A stretch of 64,000 nucleotides of DNA from Fistulifera solaris. Lineage: Eukaryota. The position numbers were made by a program, and so were the translations under genes. Position 1 is the first letter of the stretch, and the number at the start of each line of letters is the position of its first letter. Below are positions 1 to 12,490 of the stretch, in pieces. A model generated the notes under the pieces. That model saw only the letters and a list, made by a program, of their open reading frames with translations. It made no database searches and was not told the DNA's origin. The stretch spans positions 682,001 to 746,000 of the forward strand of contig AP026162.1 of the NCBI GenBank assembly GCA_030295235.1, given 5' to 3'.

Positions 1-865
1 GAACATTGATACAATCGCTTTTCTTCCAGACGGGAAATTTTTTGCTATACGAAGTCAAACTTTCTCTCAGGAGCTTATGACAGAACATTTTGTGATAGAG
101 ACGTTTGCTGCATTCCTTGAGGTGCTAGAGGATTGGGGTTTCACAAGAGTGAAAAAAGATGAACAGTGTCTCGGAATTGAAGTGTTTCATCATCCTTTGT
201 TTTTGAAAGGTGATTGGATAAGATGTTCTCAGATTGAACACGGAAAATCACCCACCGAAGTAAGAATCTCAGCGCTTCCTGAGAGAGCTCGCTTAGAGTT
301 TTCGTATTCACCCCCAGATGATAGCGAGAAATCCATCGGAGTTCACTCAAAACGAAGGCTTTCACCAGATTGTGCTTTAAACCGCGAAGCTGATACGTCT
401 CTATCATGGCAGAAGAAGAGGGCTGATAATGTCACGAGCTATCTTCAAAACAACAGTAGCCGGCGGAGCAGCATGACTTCAGTGGCATCCGATTTACATC
501 CTGATGCGTCCTTCACTGGCGTGAACCGCACTGACGATCTCAGAAGCATTGCGCTCTCGATAACAGCAGATAAACTTCGAATCAGATGCGGTGATTTACA
601 ATCAAAGACATCCCAGCCGTTGATAGACTGCGCAGTCCAATCTGCAACTCATAATATTGTCACTGACGCTATTGAAACATTGCTCAGGGACGAGACTCAT
701 ACACAAGAGACCTATCGGAGGCACGAACGCGAGCTTTCGAAGTCATCACTTCCAGGCTTAGTTCCGATCAGTAAACAGCTATTTTCGCATGTCAGTGAAG
801 ACTTAGGCAACCATAGCACGGACGTTAAACCATCAGAGGGAGAAGACGAGCGTCAAAGTGATTGA
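1..865 (+). CDS. HSF-type DNA-binding domain protein (5' end outside window)
   Basis: Frame is open from position 2: NIDTIAFLPDGKFFAI...FLEVLEDWGFTRV...EVFHHPLFLKGD, a divergent HSF DNA-binding domain pattern. Confidence 0.7.
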   Translation, partial: NIDTIAFLPDGKFFAIRSQTFSQELMTEHFVIETFAAFLEVLEDWGFTRVKKDEQCLGIEVFHHPLFLKGDWIRCSQIEHGKSPTEVRISALPERARLEFSYSPPDDSEKSIGVHSKRRLSPDCALNREADTSLSWQKKRADNVTSYLQNNSSRRSSMTSVASDLHPDASFTGVNRTDDLRSIALSITADKLRIRCGDLQSKTSQPLIDCAVQSATHNIVTDAIETLLRDETHTQETYRRHERELSKSSLPGLVPISKQLFSHVSEDLGNHSTDVKPSEGEDERQSD

Positions 866-1070
866 GCGAACTATGTATTGCTGAGAAGTTTCTTTGCTGT
901 CGACTATCGATTGTGCAATTTGAAGGTATGATGCTACAATACAAGAATGCGCATTTCAATTCGAAAAGCTAGACCAGTGGTATGAGATCATCTAAGAAGC
1001 GTCTTTAACGTAGTATCACTTACTGTAAGTTCGTTTTTAACAACACCTATCTTAATATCTCCGCACAAAT

Positions 1071-4000
1071 CTACTGGAGCCATAAAAAAGGCTTTCCAGG
1101 AGTCGAATTTTCGGCCAGATTATTGGGGGCATCGGTAGCTTCATCAGTCCCTAGTTTGACGACGTTTAATTCTGAAACGTTTACTTGCTTCATGATATAT
1201 TCCTTGACCTCATCCAATAAAGCCTTTTGATCGAAGGGCATTTGAACATCCATAGCGGACGCCCCAACATCTTGAACTTCACTTTTCACGAAGGATGCGT
1301 ATTGCATCGTGTTCTTCAATAGCTTTTTGTCCGAAACATTTTTCGCAGCCCAATCTTTAAGGTCTTTTCCGAAGGTAGAAGAGAAGCCCGTGTCCGGTTG
1401 ATACTGCTCTTGCATCCAAACCATAACGCTGACCTTCCAGTCAGGGAATGTATCAGACACAAGAATTGTTGCCTTGCTGTAGCTTTTCTTATGTTTTCCT
1501 GCGGTAGCACGGAAATCTCTCAAGCTGGAACTCAAAAATTTTATTTGCCTAGTTAGAATCTTGTCTTCTTCATTCGCTTCCGGCCATGGAGCATGCACGG
1601 CCAAACCAGCTTCCCCGATTTCCTTCCAGAGACTTTCTGACCTAAATTGGTGTAAGAAGTACAATCGATTAGCCTAATGAGGTATACGAACGTATGCTTA
1701 TTGACCACGGCATCACTTACCAGTGCGGGCAAATTGGACAAATCATTATGATGACACTTCGTGCCCACTTTCGAATCACATCGGCATGCATTGCTACGTT
1801 ACTATCTTTGCACCAAGAGCGGTAAAAGTCACGAGCAATCAACATTTCGAACCAACCCTGTTTCAAGCCCTCTTTAAATTGCATCGTCGAGAAAGCTTTC
1901 GCCGTGGCTTCGATGTGTCGGTTCGTTTCATTAATTAAAATCTTGTCCATTGTATTCATTTCACCTGAGCGGAGATCCGAAGAGGACAACGTTTCTTTGA
2001 TCCAACCTTCTTCAGTCACCAAAGTAAGAATCGCAGCGTTCGCTGTATCTCGTTCGAAGTTTGCATCATCAAGCGAATCTCCAGCGTCGGCACACGCAAA
2101 ACGAGTTGCATCGGCCCCGTATTCATCGATAGTCTCATTCAAAATCAAAAAGTTACCTTTACTTTTGCTCATCTTTTCAGCGTCAACAAGGACGTGACCG
2201 TTGCAGTAGTAACTTTTGGGCCACATATTTGGTTCATCCTCCCAAATCGCGGCGTGGTTGAAGAGAGCCATTGTTAAATGGTTCGGAATCAAGTCCTTTG
2301 CACTCACGCGTAAGTTCATCGGATACCAGTATCGAAATTCGGAGCGCATTCTGTCAAGCACATCCTGAGATATACTTGTAGACGGCATGGGACCATTTCG
2401 ATAGATATAGTCGAACACTTCTTTTGTCAAGTCCTCAGGTTTAATCTTACCAGGTGACAAATACTGGTCACCGTTCAAATTATTCTCTCCTTGAAGATAA
2501 TGCGCAATTGTGTAATAAGCCATGTAAATGGTACTATCCGACAAACTCTCAATGACCCATTGCTTGTCCCACGGAAGAAAGGTCCCTAGTCCAAACTGTC
2601 GGGTGCATGCCCATTCTTTTAGCCAGCCTACTGTATATTCGTAACGGCTTAAAGCGCTGGGGTCATAAGCGTCAAACGCGTCCGGATTCAAAACGTGCTT
2701 CCTCACAGCTTCACTCCACGTCTCTTCGCCGTAAGCGAGATACCACTGATCCGTAGCAGCAACGACGCACTCATCGTTTGTCCTCGAAACAACCTTAGAC
2801 TCCGGTTCAAAATACAAGCAAGCAAGACCGTCTTTGATCATTTCCTCCTTAATGATGGGTTTCGCCTCACTGACCTTCTTCCCGCTGTGAGGACCGAAGG
2901 TCATCACTCCCATGGTGAAACCTTTCAAGTACGTCTCGTCTTTGGCCTGCGTCAGTTTCGCCTTGTCATTAATTGAAACGATTTTTAGCTTTTCACACAT
3001 GTAAACAGCAGATGTATTTCCGTATCCTTCGATAGAGATGATGGGTACAACGTTGTAAGGCATGACCATATCGTCTGTAATGTCGAATTTCGCACGGAAA
3101 TCCGGTTTATCCTGCAACACCTTCAACGAAATGTAATCGTCTGGGGCATCGCTGGGAACTGAAGTAACGATGCCAGTTCCTTTTCCCATGCTGATCGTCA
3201 AAAGCGGCAATGTGTATACTTTCTCGTAGGTTGCCAACGGTGCTTTCAACGGCAGACCAAGAAGCTCATCGCCGGTAAAGTTTTCCAAGCACGTGATTTG
3301 ACCAAACTCCTTCGTGAAATACTCATTGCCTTGGTATGCCTGGCAGGACAGACCACGAGCCGCACGAGCGCTCATGATGAAAATCTCATCCGTTGCGTCA
3401 ATTTGATAGGCACCATATTCACCAGTAGGAAGAACAAAGCAGTTTGTTTGTCCGTACATGGTTTCAGGACGAAGGGTAGCAGGAACAAGATAGACTGGTT
3501 TCGTTCCCGCTTTTTCGAGCAGCGCCTCCATTTTTGCATGACGTGCTTGACCGTGATCCGGTGGGAGGACTTTCAACTTAATTAGAACGTATTCCTGGGG
3601 ACCGACACCTTCGCCCTCGGAACGATCATGATCGGCGCAAACTTGACCATCCACCAAGCTGTAAACGTTATTCCTTTTTCCGAACAAGATCTTGCCTTTT
3701 TCGCGAAGCACTTCAAATTGCCAGCGAATGAAAGCATCGTAGTATGGGTTCACGAAAGTGGTGATGAAGGATCGTCTCCAATCAATGCAGGAGCCGAACT
3801 TTTTCAAGTGATCCACTCCTAGGGGCGGAAAATAGGAAAGCCAGTGAAGGGCATCCTGAAAGGCCGGAATTTCGTCTTCACTCTGAACCATTTTCGAAAG
3901 AATTTTCCATTGGCGAACAATCCCTCCACCTGTTTTTTTGCACGAGCTTAGTCTTCTGACCTTTTGCTTTGTTTTCAGGCTGCTGGGCGGCCGCCTTTTC

Positions 4001-4511
4001 AGCCTCTTCCTTTTCTTTTAACATCTGAGCCAGAACTTCAGGATCATCCTCGGGGAACTTGGGTGGGCAACCGAACTCCTCAATCTCGGCCTTGAGTTTG
4101 TTCGCAGCCTATGGAAAGGAGGCAGTGATAAGAAATTTAAAGTTCAGAATATCACGTCAGCCGCAAAGCTGCTCTTACCGCTTGAATAGGCATTCCAGTG
4201 CAATGAAAGGCAAAGGGGAAAAGCACATTCTTTCCCTGATGGCGCTCAAATTGTGCCCGAAACAAAGCTTTCGTCAAGCTAAAGCCGTGGCCAATGTGCA
4301 AATGACCGTTCGAGTACGGATACGGAAACGTGACAAGAAACGACTCCTTGGTTTCGTCCGGATCCGCGTTGAATGCGCGGTTTTCTTCCCACATTTGCTG
4401 CACGGCGATCTCATTTGCACGAAGACTATCGCGTTTCCCCGTTCCTTTGTTGGCATTATCTTTGATCGATAGGTCTGCCATTTGCGAGGTAGCTTCTGCT
4501 GTTTGCGTCAT
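1071..4511 (-). CDS. LARS1: Cytosolic leucyl-tRNA synthetase
   Basis: [14 protein letters not shown] (HIGH), [24 protein letters not shown] editing motif. Introns 4109-4178 and 1642-1720. Apparent frameshift near 3900-3960. Confidence 0.97.
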
Positions 4512-5175
4512 AATCTAGCTGCGATCCTTTCTTATAGTCGAAGGAATTGTAAATATTACAGTCCACAATCAACTTCGACAAAAGGTTGCAGCCAAGTGTT
4601 TGAGTGTGTTGTTGCATTTTTGAACGCGAGAAAAAGAGAGGGAGGGGAGCTCATTGTTCTGCCGCCGTCCGTCAAGACCTTGGTCTCGTTTCCGCGTGTC
4701 CAAGGAAATCGGGACTGGGAATACTCTAAGCGGTTTATGTAGGACAAATCCGACACCGGCACTCAAAAGGTTATGATGATTAATGTAGGCTACTAAAAGC
4801 TTCAGTATGTGAAGTTCAATGTTCAAGGCCATTTCCTCTCATAGTCTCATAGTATGCAGTACCGCCCCTTTCCAGCGAGGAGAAGTGTCGTCGTTTACTC
4901 GATGTGATGCAGCAGTCGCACCCCGTTGCATCGCGCGCGAGCACAAAAAGCAAGTAAATTGCCGCCCCTTGATGAGTCAATAAGAAACTGTTCAAAGCTT
5001 TTCATTTATCTACAAGGTCTGGAAGAGTCTTTACTTACGACAGCAATTAGCGCATTCGCATCCCCTTTGATTGGTATCGTCGATTCGCCGGTACAGTAAA
5101 GGTTGTTACGTGCGGGTCTATCAAAACTTCATTATTTGTTATCACGTCAACCGAGACTTCTAAAAAACGACAAAA

Positions 5176-5632
5176 ATGGCGTCTGCAGAGGACGTTATCA
5201 ATTGGGACGAGGCCATGCAGCAATGTGGCGAAGACGAGGAATTTCTACACGAACTGCTGAACGATTTTCGTGGCGAACTCGAGACTCAGCTAGCGAGTAT
5301 TGCGGAGACAATTCAGGTGCGTAGCCATTTTCGCGGTGTTACATCAACCGACACCCCTTCTCACAGTTGCATTACCTTATTAGAATCCTGGGGAAGCCCC
5401 TTATCATCTTATTATGCGCGCGGCTCACGTTGTCAAAGGAGCTGCGGCTAATTTAATGTGCGGCCAGCTACGAACAGCAGCGATGAATCTAGAACAAACC
5501 TCAAAGCAAGTTCATGAAGCAGGAGGGACCGCGGCACCTCAAGACATCCAAGCTCAGGTGCAACTTCGATATTCAGAGCTGCAGGTAGCTGTTCAGAACT
5601 ACATGGAGCTCTTAAAAACGCTTAACATTTAA
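5176..5632 (+). CDS. Stand-alone histidine phosphotransfer (Hpt) protein
   Basis: RAAHVVKGAAANL Hpt motif and CGEDEEFLHELL N-terminal helix. GT-AG intron about 5317-5382. Confidence 0.85.
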
Positions 5633-5877
5633 ACAGAGTAGAAATGTTTGACTTTGTGTTTTTAAGATGCTACTCCTTATGCGTGTAGAACGGAGACTCT
5701 GCTCACTTTTAATCAGCAGCTGAGAATCGAGCCAGTATCATAAAGCAATAAATAAGAGAAAGGACATACAGCATGAAGGAAAAAATGATTTTATGTTTGA
5801 CGTTTGGTCGGGTTATTGTTAACACACTTCCCCGATAACCTTAGATATCTCCATAGTATTACATCAATAAATCTCGT

Positions 5878-6979
5878 TTAATCAGAAGACAAGAAGTATG
5901 CAACCAAATCTCGAGCACTGACAACACCGATCAGCCTTTCCTGTTGATCGACGACGTACAATCGATTAAATCGCACCTGAGCAAAGGTTTCAAAGATTGC
6001 CTGCAATGTGTAAGACTGGCTGCATGTCCGTAACGCATCGGGTGTTGTCACGTCTTGTCGACTTTGTGACAGGATCTCCGACAAAGGAAGTTCGAGATTC
6101 TTTACAGCATGTTCTGCGTCTGTCGCCTTTGTTAAAAACGTAATATCGGATCTGCTGTAAACGCCTATAATCTTGCTTGTGCTTGGGTCCACCACAGGCA
6201 ACGCCGATAGACTGTGTTGATGCATCAGCGCTAAAGCATCAGACAAACTTTGATTCGGATGTGCCACAACTAATGCATTTCCGTAGGTTCCAATACCCAG
6301 CTCCGAAATGGAATCATCAAACAGCCTTCTTTGCTCCCTGAAGTGCAAAACCAAGTGCTCTAAAACATTTGTGTACGTGATGCACGCCAGGACACGCATG
6401 TCCTCGGTAAATACAATCGGCAGGAAATCATGCGAGTTCCTATGAAGCTGTTCGCAGGCTTGCTTTAAAGTGCAAGCCGAATCCGCCCTAACGAACGGCC
6501 GGATGCAGAAAGGATGATGGCCGCTTTTTCGGCTATCTTCGGCAGCTTCTCGCAGGATTTCGGCAATACCGCGAGTTGCAAGAGCAGAAACATCTTTACC
6601 TGTAGCCTTGTAGTATCTGAGTATATCAATAAAGTCGGTCACAGTCAACATCCCTACAAACTGACACTTGACAGGGTCCCACAGGGGAGCAGCCAACATA
6701 TCTGCGCGCAACCATCGATCGTTAGAAATATTTATTCAAAAAGATATCTTGTAGAAAAGACTTACCATGCTCAACTAGTGCATAGAAAGCAAGCTGGATA
6801 GGAATGCGTGTGTCGAATACCACAACTTTACCGCTCGCTCTCAACACAGAAAAACAGGCGTGTTGTTCTAGAAACTGTAGAATTGCTTGACGACCCGCTT
6901 GACGCACTACTTGTCGTTCATTCTGCATCACGGTTGTCGAAGACACCCCTTGATTAATTCCAAGAGTCTCAGATTCCAT
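5878..6979 (-). CDS. CBS-domain protein, AMPK/SNF1 gamma subunit-like
   Basis: KVVVFDTRIPIQLAFYALVEH|DMLAAPLWD...FVGMLTVTDFIDIL plus further CBS repeats. Intron 6702-6765. Confidence 0.88.
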
Positions 6980-7684
6980 TGTAATTTTGAATTATGGCTT
7001 GACAAAGCGCAGATTGAAGTCAATAGAGCGTTATGACCGATAAACAAAGTATACGCGATAGAAAGGATACTCGACAGCGAAACCAGACAGAGATTCTAGC
7101 TTCTTATCGACCTATTGCAACAAGCGAAGGGTTTCTCAGTTCAGCGCTAGTATCTTCTGGCTTGACGCTACAATACAACAAACAGAGTGGCACTTGACTT
7201 GACAACCATCGCGACGCAGAATGCTTCAAGGGGCACAACGGTGACAGCAAAATATTGCATGGTGCCGGTCGTACAGAATGGCTGACGAAAGGATTTGATA
7301 ATTATTGATAAAAAATGTCGGTCGCTGATTTCCGGGACTGAAAGATTTGTTTGGCTAGCGCCTAATCTATGAGGGCGGAAAAGTGATACGCCGAGTATCA
7401 CTTAATTAATTTATTTATTACTTTTATAAAAATTCAACAACAGCAAAGGAAAGTTGATGGAAGAACGAATTGTAACCTTAGTTGGTACTGTATTCAGCAT
7501 TGGCGCGGTCAAACAATATTGATTGATGACTGAAAAGCAGTCGTGGATAATTGAGTTTACTCTAGGGATACCTCTTGCTAGGGACGATAGTAAAACGGTT
7601 TCCCTTATTCGAGATAGACGGAAATTCTGTTTTATTGTGTTGTTTGCATTTGACGACGCCCTCTTTTTCTTTACACACTAAAGC

Positions 7685-7720
7685 TTAGCCGCCTTCGGCG
7701 TTTAGCTCTTACGGGAAGCT
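7685..7720 (-). mobile_element. Helitron-like 3' terminus fragment
   Basis: Reverse complement reads gagctaaacgccgaaggcggctaa, nearly identical to the 3' end (gggctagacgccgaaggcggctag) of the element at 9748-9929. Confidence 0.55.
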
Positions 7721-7788
7721 TGATCATGATTTAAAGTTATTGATTAAGTCGTTATGTAAGTGATGGCTCGAAATAAGTGCTTCGAGTT

Positions 7789-8382
7789 TTATGCAGCAGT
7801 CGCTGATTTCTTCTGAGCAGTCGTTGCGACTCCGTTTGCTTTGCTCTCCCCAACAATCATTTTGTCAATCTTGACATTAGTAACGCTAGTTTTTTTCTTC
7901 AAGCCGTCAGCAAACGCGTGAGCACAGAAATCGCTAAAATCGTTACCGGTCACATCTACGCATGTGACAGTGGAGGCTTTGGCCAAGGCATCTACCATCT
8001 TCATCGCATCCTCGTCTACTAGTCCGCATCGAGCTAGCTCGATGCTTTCAAGTGCCGAAGCATAGGAAACGGAACCAATCACTGATTTGGCCCCGAAGCA
8101 CATTCCTTTGACTTGCAAGTGCTTGAATTGAGAAGCCGTTACAAGGATAGTTGATACGATAAGACCCAGATCGACTTCGCTATCTGTGGCAACGACGTTT
8201 CGAAATGTCGCAGACTCGAGAGGCTTGCCCCGGAAATGCTTGGCAACCGCAATCATATCTTCTTCATCGCCATCAATTGTCACACTGTTTAAAACAAACT
8301 TACTGAACTTGCCCGCCGCCTCAAGCTTGGACCTGATCTCTGCGAAACTAGTATGAGTGTTGGAAATTTCGAGTGTTGTCAT
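7789..8382 (-). CDS. RNI-like leucine-rich-repeat protein
   Basis: LESIELARCGLVDEDA...VTCVDVTGNDFSD LRR periodicity. Likely start MTTLEISN. Confidence 0.6.
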   Translation of the reverse strand: MTTLEISNTHTSFAEIRSKLEAAGKFSKFVLNSVTIDGDEEDMIAVAKHFRGKPLESATFRNVVATDSEVDLGLIVSTILVTASQFKHLQVKGMCFGAKSVIGSVSYASALESIELARCGLVDEDAMKMVDALAKASTVTCVDVTGNDFSDFCAHAFADGLKKKTSVTNVKIDKMIVGESKANGVATTAQKKSATAA

Positions 8383-8849
8383 GATCACAAAATGGAGTAC
8401 GTCTTTGTTGTTTGTTTCGCTCTCAAGGGTCAGAAAGTGTGTTTTATGAGAAAGGAAAAAGATGAGGAGCGAAACGCTGGCCAACGAGCGTTCTTTCGCA
8501 TGGCTCAGATGCGAATCTTCAAAGTCGGTTCAAAGAATAAGTGGTCGTTCGCATTTGACATGTACTCCTATCGACTATCATCAAGAAGGCATGACGCTCA
8601 TAACTCATAACGGTTCTCATTCTGTCCAAAAACTTTCATGTACAGTGTGACTCCTCCTCGATGCTCGAGCCTTGCTTCAAGAGAGAGACGACTTCATCTT
8701 CGGCAAGTTACCATCTCATGCGTGCCAGTCACAAGGGCAAACCTTTTGTTCTTCGCCCTTCGGGTTTTTGGGTGCGAGGTGCAAAAGTGCGCGAAAGAAC
8801 GAAGATAGATTTGAGTCACGTTTCTCTCAAGACTGAAGGAATTCTAGAC

Positions 8850-9950
8850 CATTGTCGTTGTTCTGGACCAGTTTTTTCGATCCTACCGAAATGCGGTGCG
8901 CTTTCCGGAAAATTCCAGAAATTGTGTTTGGATACTAACGGAATGCTGTGCGCTTTCAAGAAATTCTGGTATTTGTGTTTTAGATCATAACCAAAGAAAA
9001 TGCAAATCCAGAAAGTTCGGAAGATCCTACCGAAATGCTGTACACGCTCCAGAAATTTTGCAATCAGTGTTTTAGATCATAACGAAAGAAAATGCAAATT
9101 CCAGAAAATCTGGAAAGGATAAAGGATATTTCCGAACATACAGAAATTCTGTGGTGCTCCAGAAATTCTGGATAAAAAATTGGTCGAATGAATCCTACCG
9201 AAATGCTGTGCAAATTATACAAACTCTGGACACGGTGTTGTGGATCACAACGAAATACAGTGCACGTTCCCGAAATTCTGGAAATTGTGTTTGGATCATA
9301 TCATAACCAAAGAAAGTGCACGTTCCAGAAATTCTGGAAATGAAATGCCTGATCATCTGATCATACAGAAATTCTGTTCTGTTCCAGAAAATCTGGACCA
9401 GTTTTTTCGAGCCTACCGAAATGCTGTTCGAATTCCAGAAATTCTGGAAATTGTGTTTTGGATCCTACCGGAATGCTTTGCACGTTCCAGAAATTCTGTA
9501 ATCTGTGTTTTAGATCATAACGAAACAAAATGCAAATTCCAGAAAATCTGGATTTCCGACCATACAGAAATTCTGTTATGCTCCAGAAAATCTGGACCAG
9601 TTTCTTCGATCCTACCGAAATGCTGTGCGCCTTCCAGAAATTTTGGAATTTATGTTTTGGATCCTACCGGAATGCTGTGCGCGTGAAATTGTGTTTGGAT
9701 CCTACCGGATAGCTTTGCGCGTTCCAGAAATTCTGGAGATTTTGTTATCTATCTATTTATAATCTATTTATAATAGCGCGCTGTGTCCGTGTGTGTGTCA
9801 CGTAACGTAACGCTGGTCCCGGGTGTCCGAATCACGGGTGTGACGCTATCCCCGGGGATCGAGCCCCCGCTTGCGGGAAGGGCGAGAACGAAAAAAGCCC
9901 TGCAGGGGCTAGACGCCGAAGGCGGCTAGTAAATCATAATGAAAGAAAGC
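8850..9950. repeat. Degenerate ~52-bp tandem satellite with higher-order structure
   Basis: Monomer similar to gatcctaccgaaatgctgtgcgcgttccagaaattctggaaattgtgtttt (atcctacc at 9609 and 9661). Three monomer variants recur, and the ctggaccagttt block recurs about 200 bp apart. Confidence 0.92.
9748..9929 (+). mobile_element. Non-autonomous Helitron (182 bp)
   Basis: Sits between A9747 and T9930. 5' TC, 3' CTAG, subterminal hairpins cgccgaaggcg and agccctgcaggggct, no TSD. Removing it restores a satellite monomer. Confidence 0.85.
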
Positions 9951-10290
9951 GAAACTCTTATTTGAAAAGCTGGGTACCCGGTACGGGTAACCTTACAAGT
10001 ACTGTACGTTGACACACCGTTTTTGTTCAATCGAAGATACATCTAACAGAATTTCCGTGTGTCTATACCTGTGAATAGAACCAGTAAGACTCAATTACTT
10101 TTCCGCCAACATTCGATCAGGTACGAGCGGCGGTCAGGCGCACCTTCGTAACGAGCAAAATAAAGGCAAACGCAAACGCAACCGAAAACGCAACAGCAAC
10201 GCAAAGCACATGCCAAGAATAACGAAGTTTTAAAAGTATAACCATGGACTTCAACACATATAAAGTACTTGCACTTCTTTAAACTACTCA

Positions 10291-11241
10291 ATGGAAGGGG
10301 AACTTGATCAGAGAAGCTCATCGACGGTAGGCAAAACGGCATGTACAGCGACGTTATTAGATGTAGAATGCCTCGACCAAACTTTGTTTCGATTGATTGA
10401 AGGGGCTCTCTTGCCTCTATTCCGTGAGGCACCGCCATCGTCGAAGGCTTATGCGAAGCTCCTTGCATTTCCGCTTATACAATTTGCTACTATTTTCGCC
10501 ACGAGAGGACAAACGCCCGCAACACAAATTCTAAAATTGGAGCTTTCTCCAGGAGCGTCGAACGCCCGTTCCTTTTCATCACGCTTAATATGTTTCGCTC
10601 TACTCAGCTCTTTGATACCGGCAATAAGTGATCCTCTTTTGAAGTGGCTTGAAGCAAGAATACAGTACAGACTGGAAGAACACCCGATAGAGGAGTCGGA
10701 TATATCCAAAAGAGCACGTAAAAGACAGCGACTCGTGTTCGCTTTTATGCAAAAGACCATGTCTCGGCTATTTCCGGTGGCGCGACTGTGTTGCTTGCTA
10801 GCCTGCTGGTCGGGTATAAGCAGGACTCCCAGTTTAGCTATGCTCGTTTCCGGTCTCGGCTTTCAGCCCAAAGGTCCTGAAATGCCACGGCTACACGTAG
10901 ACTATGCACATCGACGATGGCTTCAGCAGGAAGCCACATCAACAGCAAAGATTTTTCTAGCGGGCTTATGGATGTTATCGAGTTGGAAACCCGTCGTCGA
11001 TGCTTTCCTGTTGAAAACTTTTGCTATTTTGGCTCCAAAACCCATTGCGCCGCAAACCGCAGCACCTACAACTTGCCCTATCTGCAAAGGTAAAATGAAT
11101 GTTCCGGTATTATTATCTTGTAGGCATAGACACTGTTACACTTGTTTCTACGCAGACTTGGACAGTTCCAAAAGAGCTAGTTGTCGAATTTGTCGAAAGT
11201 TGACTCAAGAATCTCAGGCAGTGCTAGTTGCAACCTGGTAA
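10291..11241 (+). CDS. PEX2: RING peroxin, Pex2-like
   Basis: LLDVECLDQTL N-terminal Pex2/Pex12-type motif and C-terminal C3HC4 RING CPIC...CRHRHCYTC...CRIC. Confidence 0.7.
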   Translation: MEGELDQRSSSTVGKTACTATLLDVECLDQTLFRLIEGALLPLFREAPPSSKAYAKLLAFPLIQFATIFATRGQTPATQILKLELSPGASNARSFSSRLICFALLSSLIPAISDPLLKWLEARIQYRLEEHPIEESDISKRARKRQRLVFAFMQKTMSRLFPVARLCCLLACWSGISRTPSLAMLVSGLGFQPKGPEMPRLHVDYAHRRWLQQEATSTAKIFLAGLWMLSSWKPVVDAFLLKTFAILAPKPIAPQTAAPTTCPICKGKMNVPVLLSCRHRHCYTCFYADLDSSKRASCRICRKLTQESQAVLVATW

Positions 11242-11279
11242 ATGCTGTTTGAAGTTTCTCTACACTGCACACTTCGCAA

Positions 11280-12490
11280 TTATTCGCAGAAAGTGATAGA
11301 CAGTGCGAATGGATCACGTAGCCATCCCAAATCTGCGGTTTTATCGCAATCCCCCACCATGGCCTGACGCAAAAGCTTTAAAAGCGCTGTTGTGATCGGT
11401 CCTCCCGGTAACGTTTGACCGTATGGAAACACGACTTCAAAGCTGTCTTCGTCGTCACCGGTAGATAATCTTGCAATGGGGACGAGTTCCGCTGCCGTTC
11501 CGGTGCAAAACGCTTCTGTGGCGTTCTTGAACTCTCCTAGAGAGACATCTCGGCTACTTGCTGTAGCATCACGTTGCCCAGTGCTTTCTTCCATTGCATC
11601 AGAGAGCTCTTGTGCGTGGAGGGTAATGAGTTGTAAAACAGTCTCGCGAGTCACCCCGGGCAGAATCGTACCCCGATTTAAGGCAGGAGTGACGATTTCG
11701 CCAGTCTTCAAAACTAAAAACACGTTAGCTGCAGATAATTCTTGGACCTTGGCTTGTTCTAGCTCCCCATCTTTGTAAGTCTCCATTTCAAGGAAAAGGT
11801 TGTCCATGAATCCTTGTTTCTTACAATCCACAAGAGGCTTCATCGTAATGGCATAATTGGAACTGCACTTGATCGCGCCTAGACCACCACGAGCCGCACG
11901 AGCTCTTCGTGTCTCTACGTGCAAGTTCAACCCAGCGCTAGCTCCTTTGAAATAGTTACCAGTAGGACTAACGTACACCAAAAGGTCGTTTCAGGAGAAG
12001 GATACAAGCCTAATTGCTGACCCGTCCCTAGCAACATCGGACGGACATACAGTTTCATTCCTTCTCCCATCGGAGGTATCAAAGCTTTGTTTGCCTGGAC
12101 AACAAGTTGAATTGCTCGCATGAACGTTGCTTTGTCAGGCATCGGTAAACACATTTCCTCGGCGCCCTTCTTCATCCTTTCATAGTTTCGATCGGCACGA
12201 AAGACCACAGCTTGATCGTCGGACCGGCGGTAACATTTGAGACCTTCCCACACCGTAGTACCATAATTAAGTGACGTCGTCGCTGGATGGAAGTCAAGAG
12301 GGTGTTTTTCGTAAGAATAAATAGATGTCAGTAACGATCCGGAATCTGTTTCGAGCTCATAGTGCTCCGTAGTCCAGACATTCGTGGTCTTGATGAGAAC
12401 GTAGTAATTGTTGGAAGGAAGATTCAGATTCCAAGGTAGCGAGCTAAAGTCGACATGTTCTAGAGGAGGCGGAACCGAAGATGTTGACAT
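11280..12490 (-). CDS. ilvE: Branched-chain amino acid aminotransferase (class IV PLP)
   Basis: LNYGTTVWEGLKCYR, LYVRPML, IKCSSNY (PLP Lys), ILPGVTR, EAFCTGTAA. Frameshift near 11980. Confidence 0.93.

Noticed and set aside
9240..9712. ORFs of 148 and 60 aa
   Set aside because: They are translations of the satellite, with repetitive peptide and no domain
8850..9950. CRISPR array
   Set aside because: Units are contiguous degenerate monomers without unique spacers, the context is eukaryotic, and no cas genes are present
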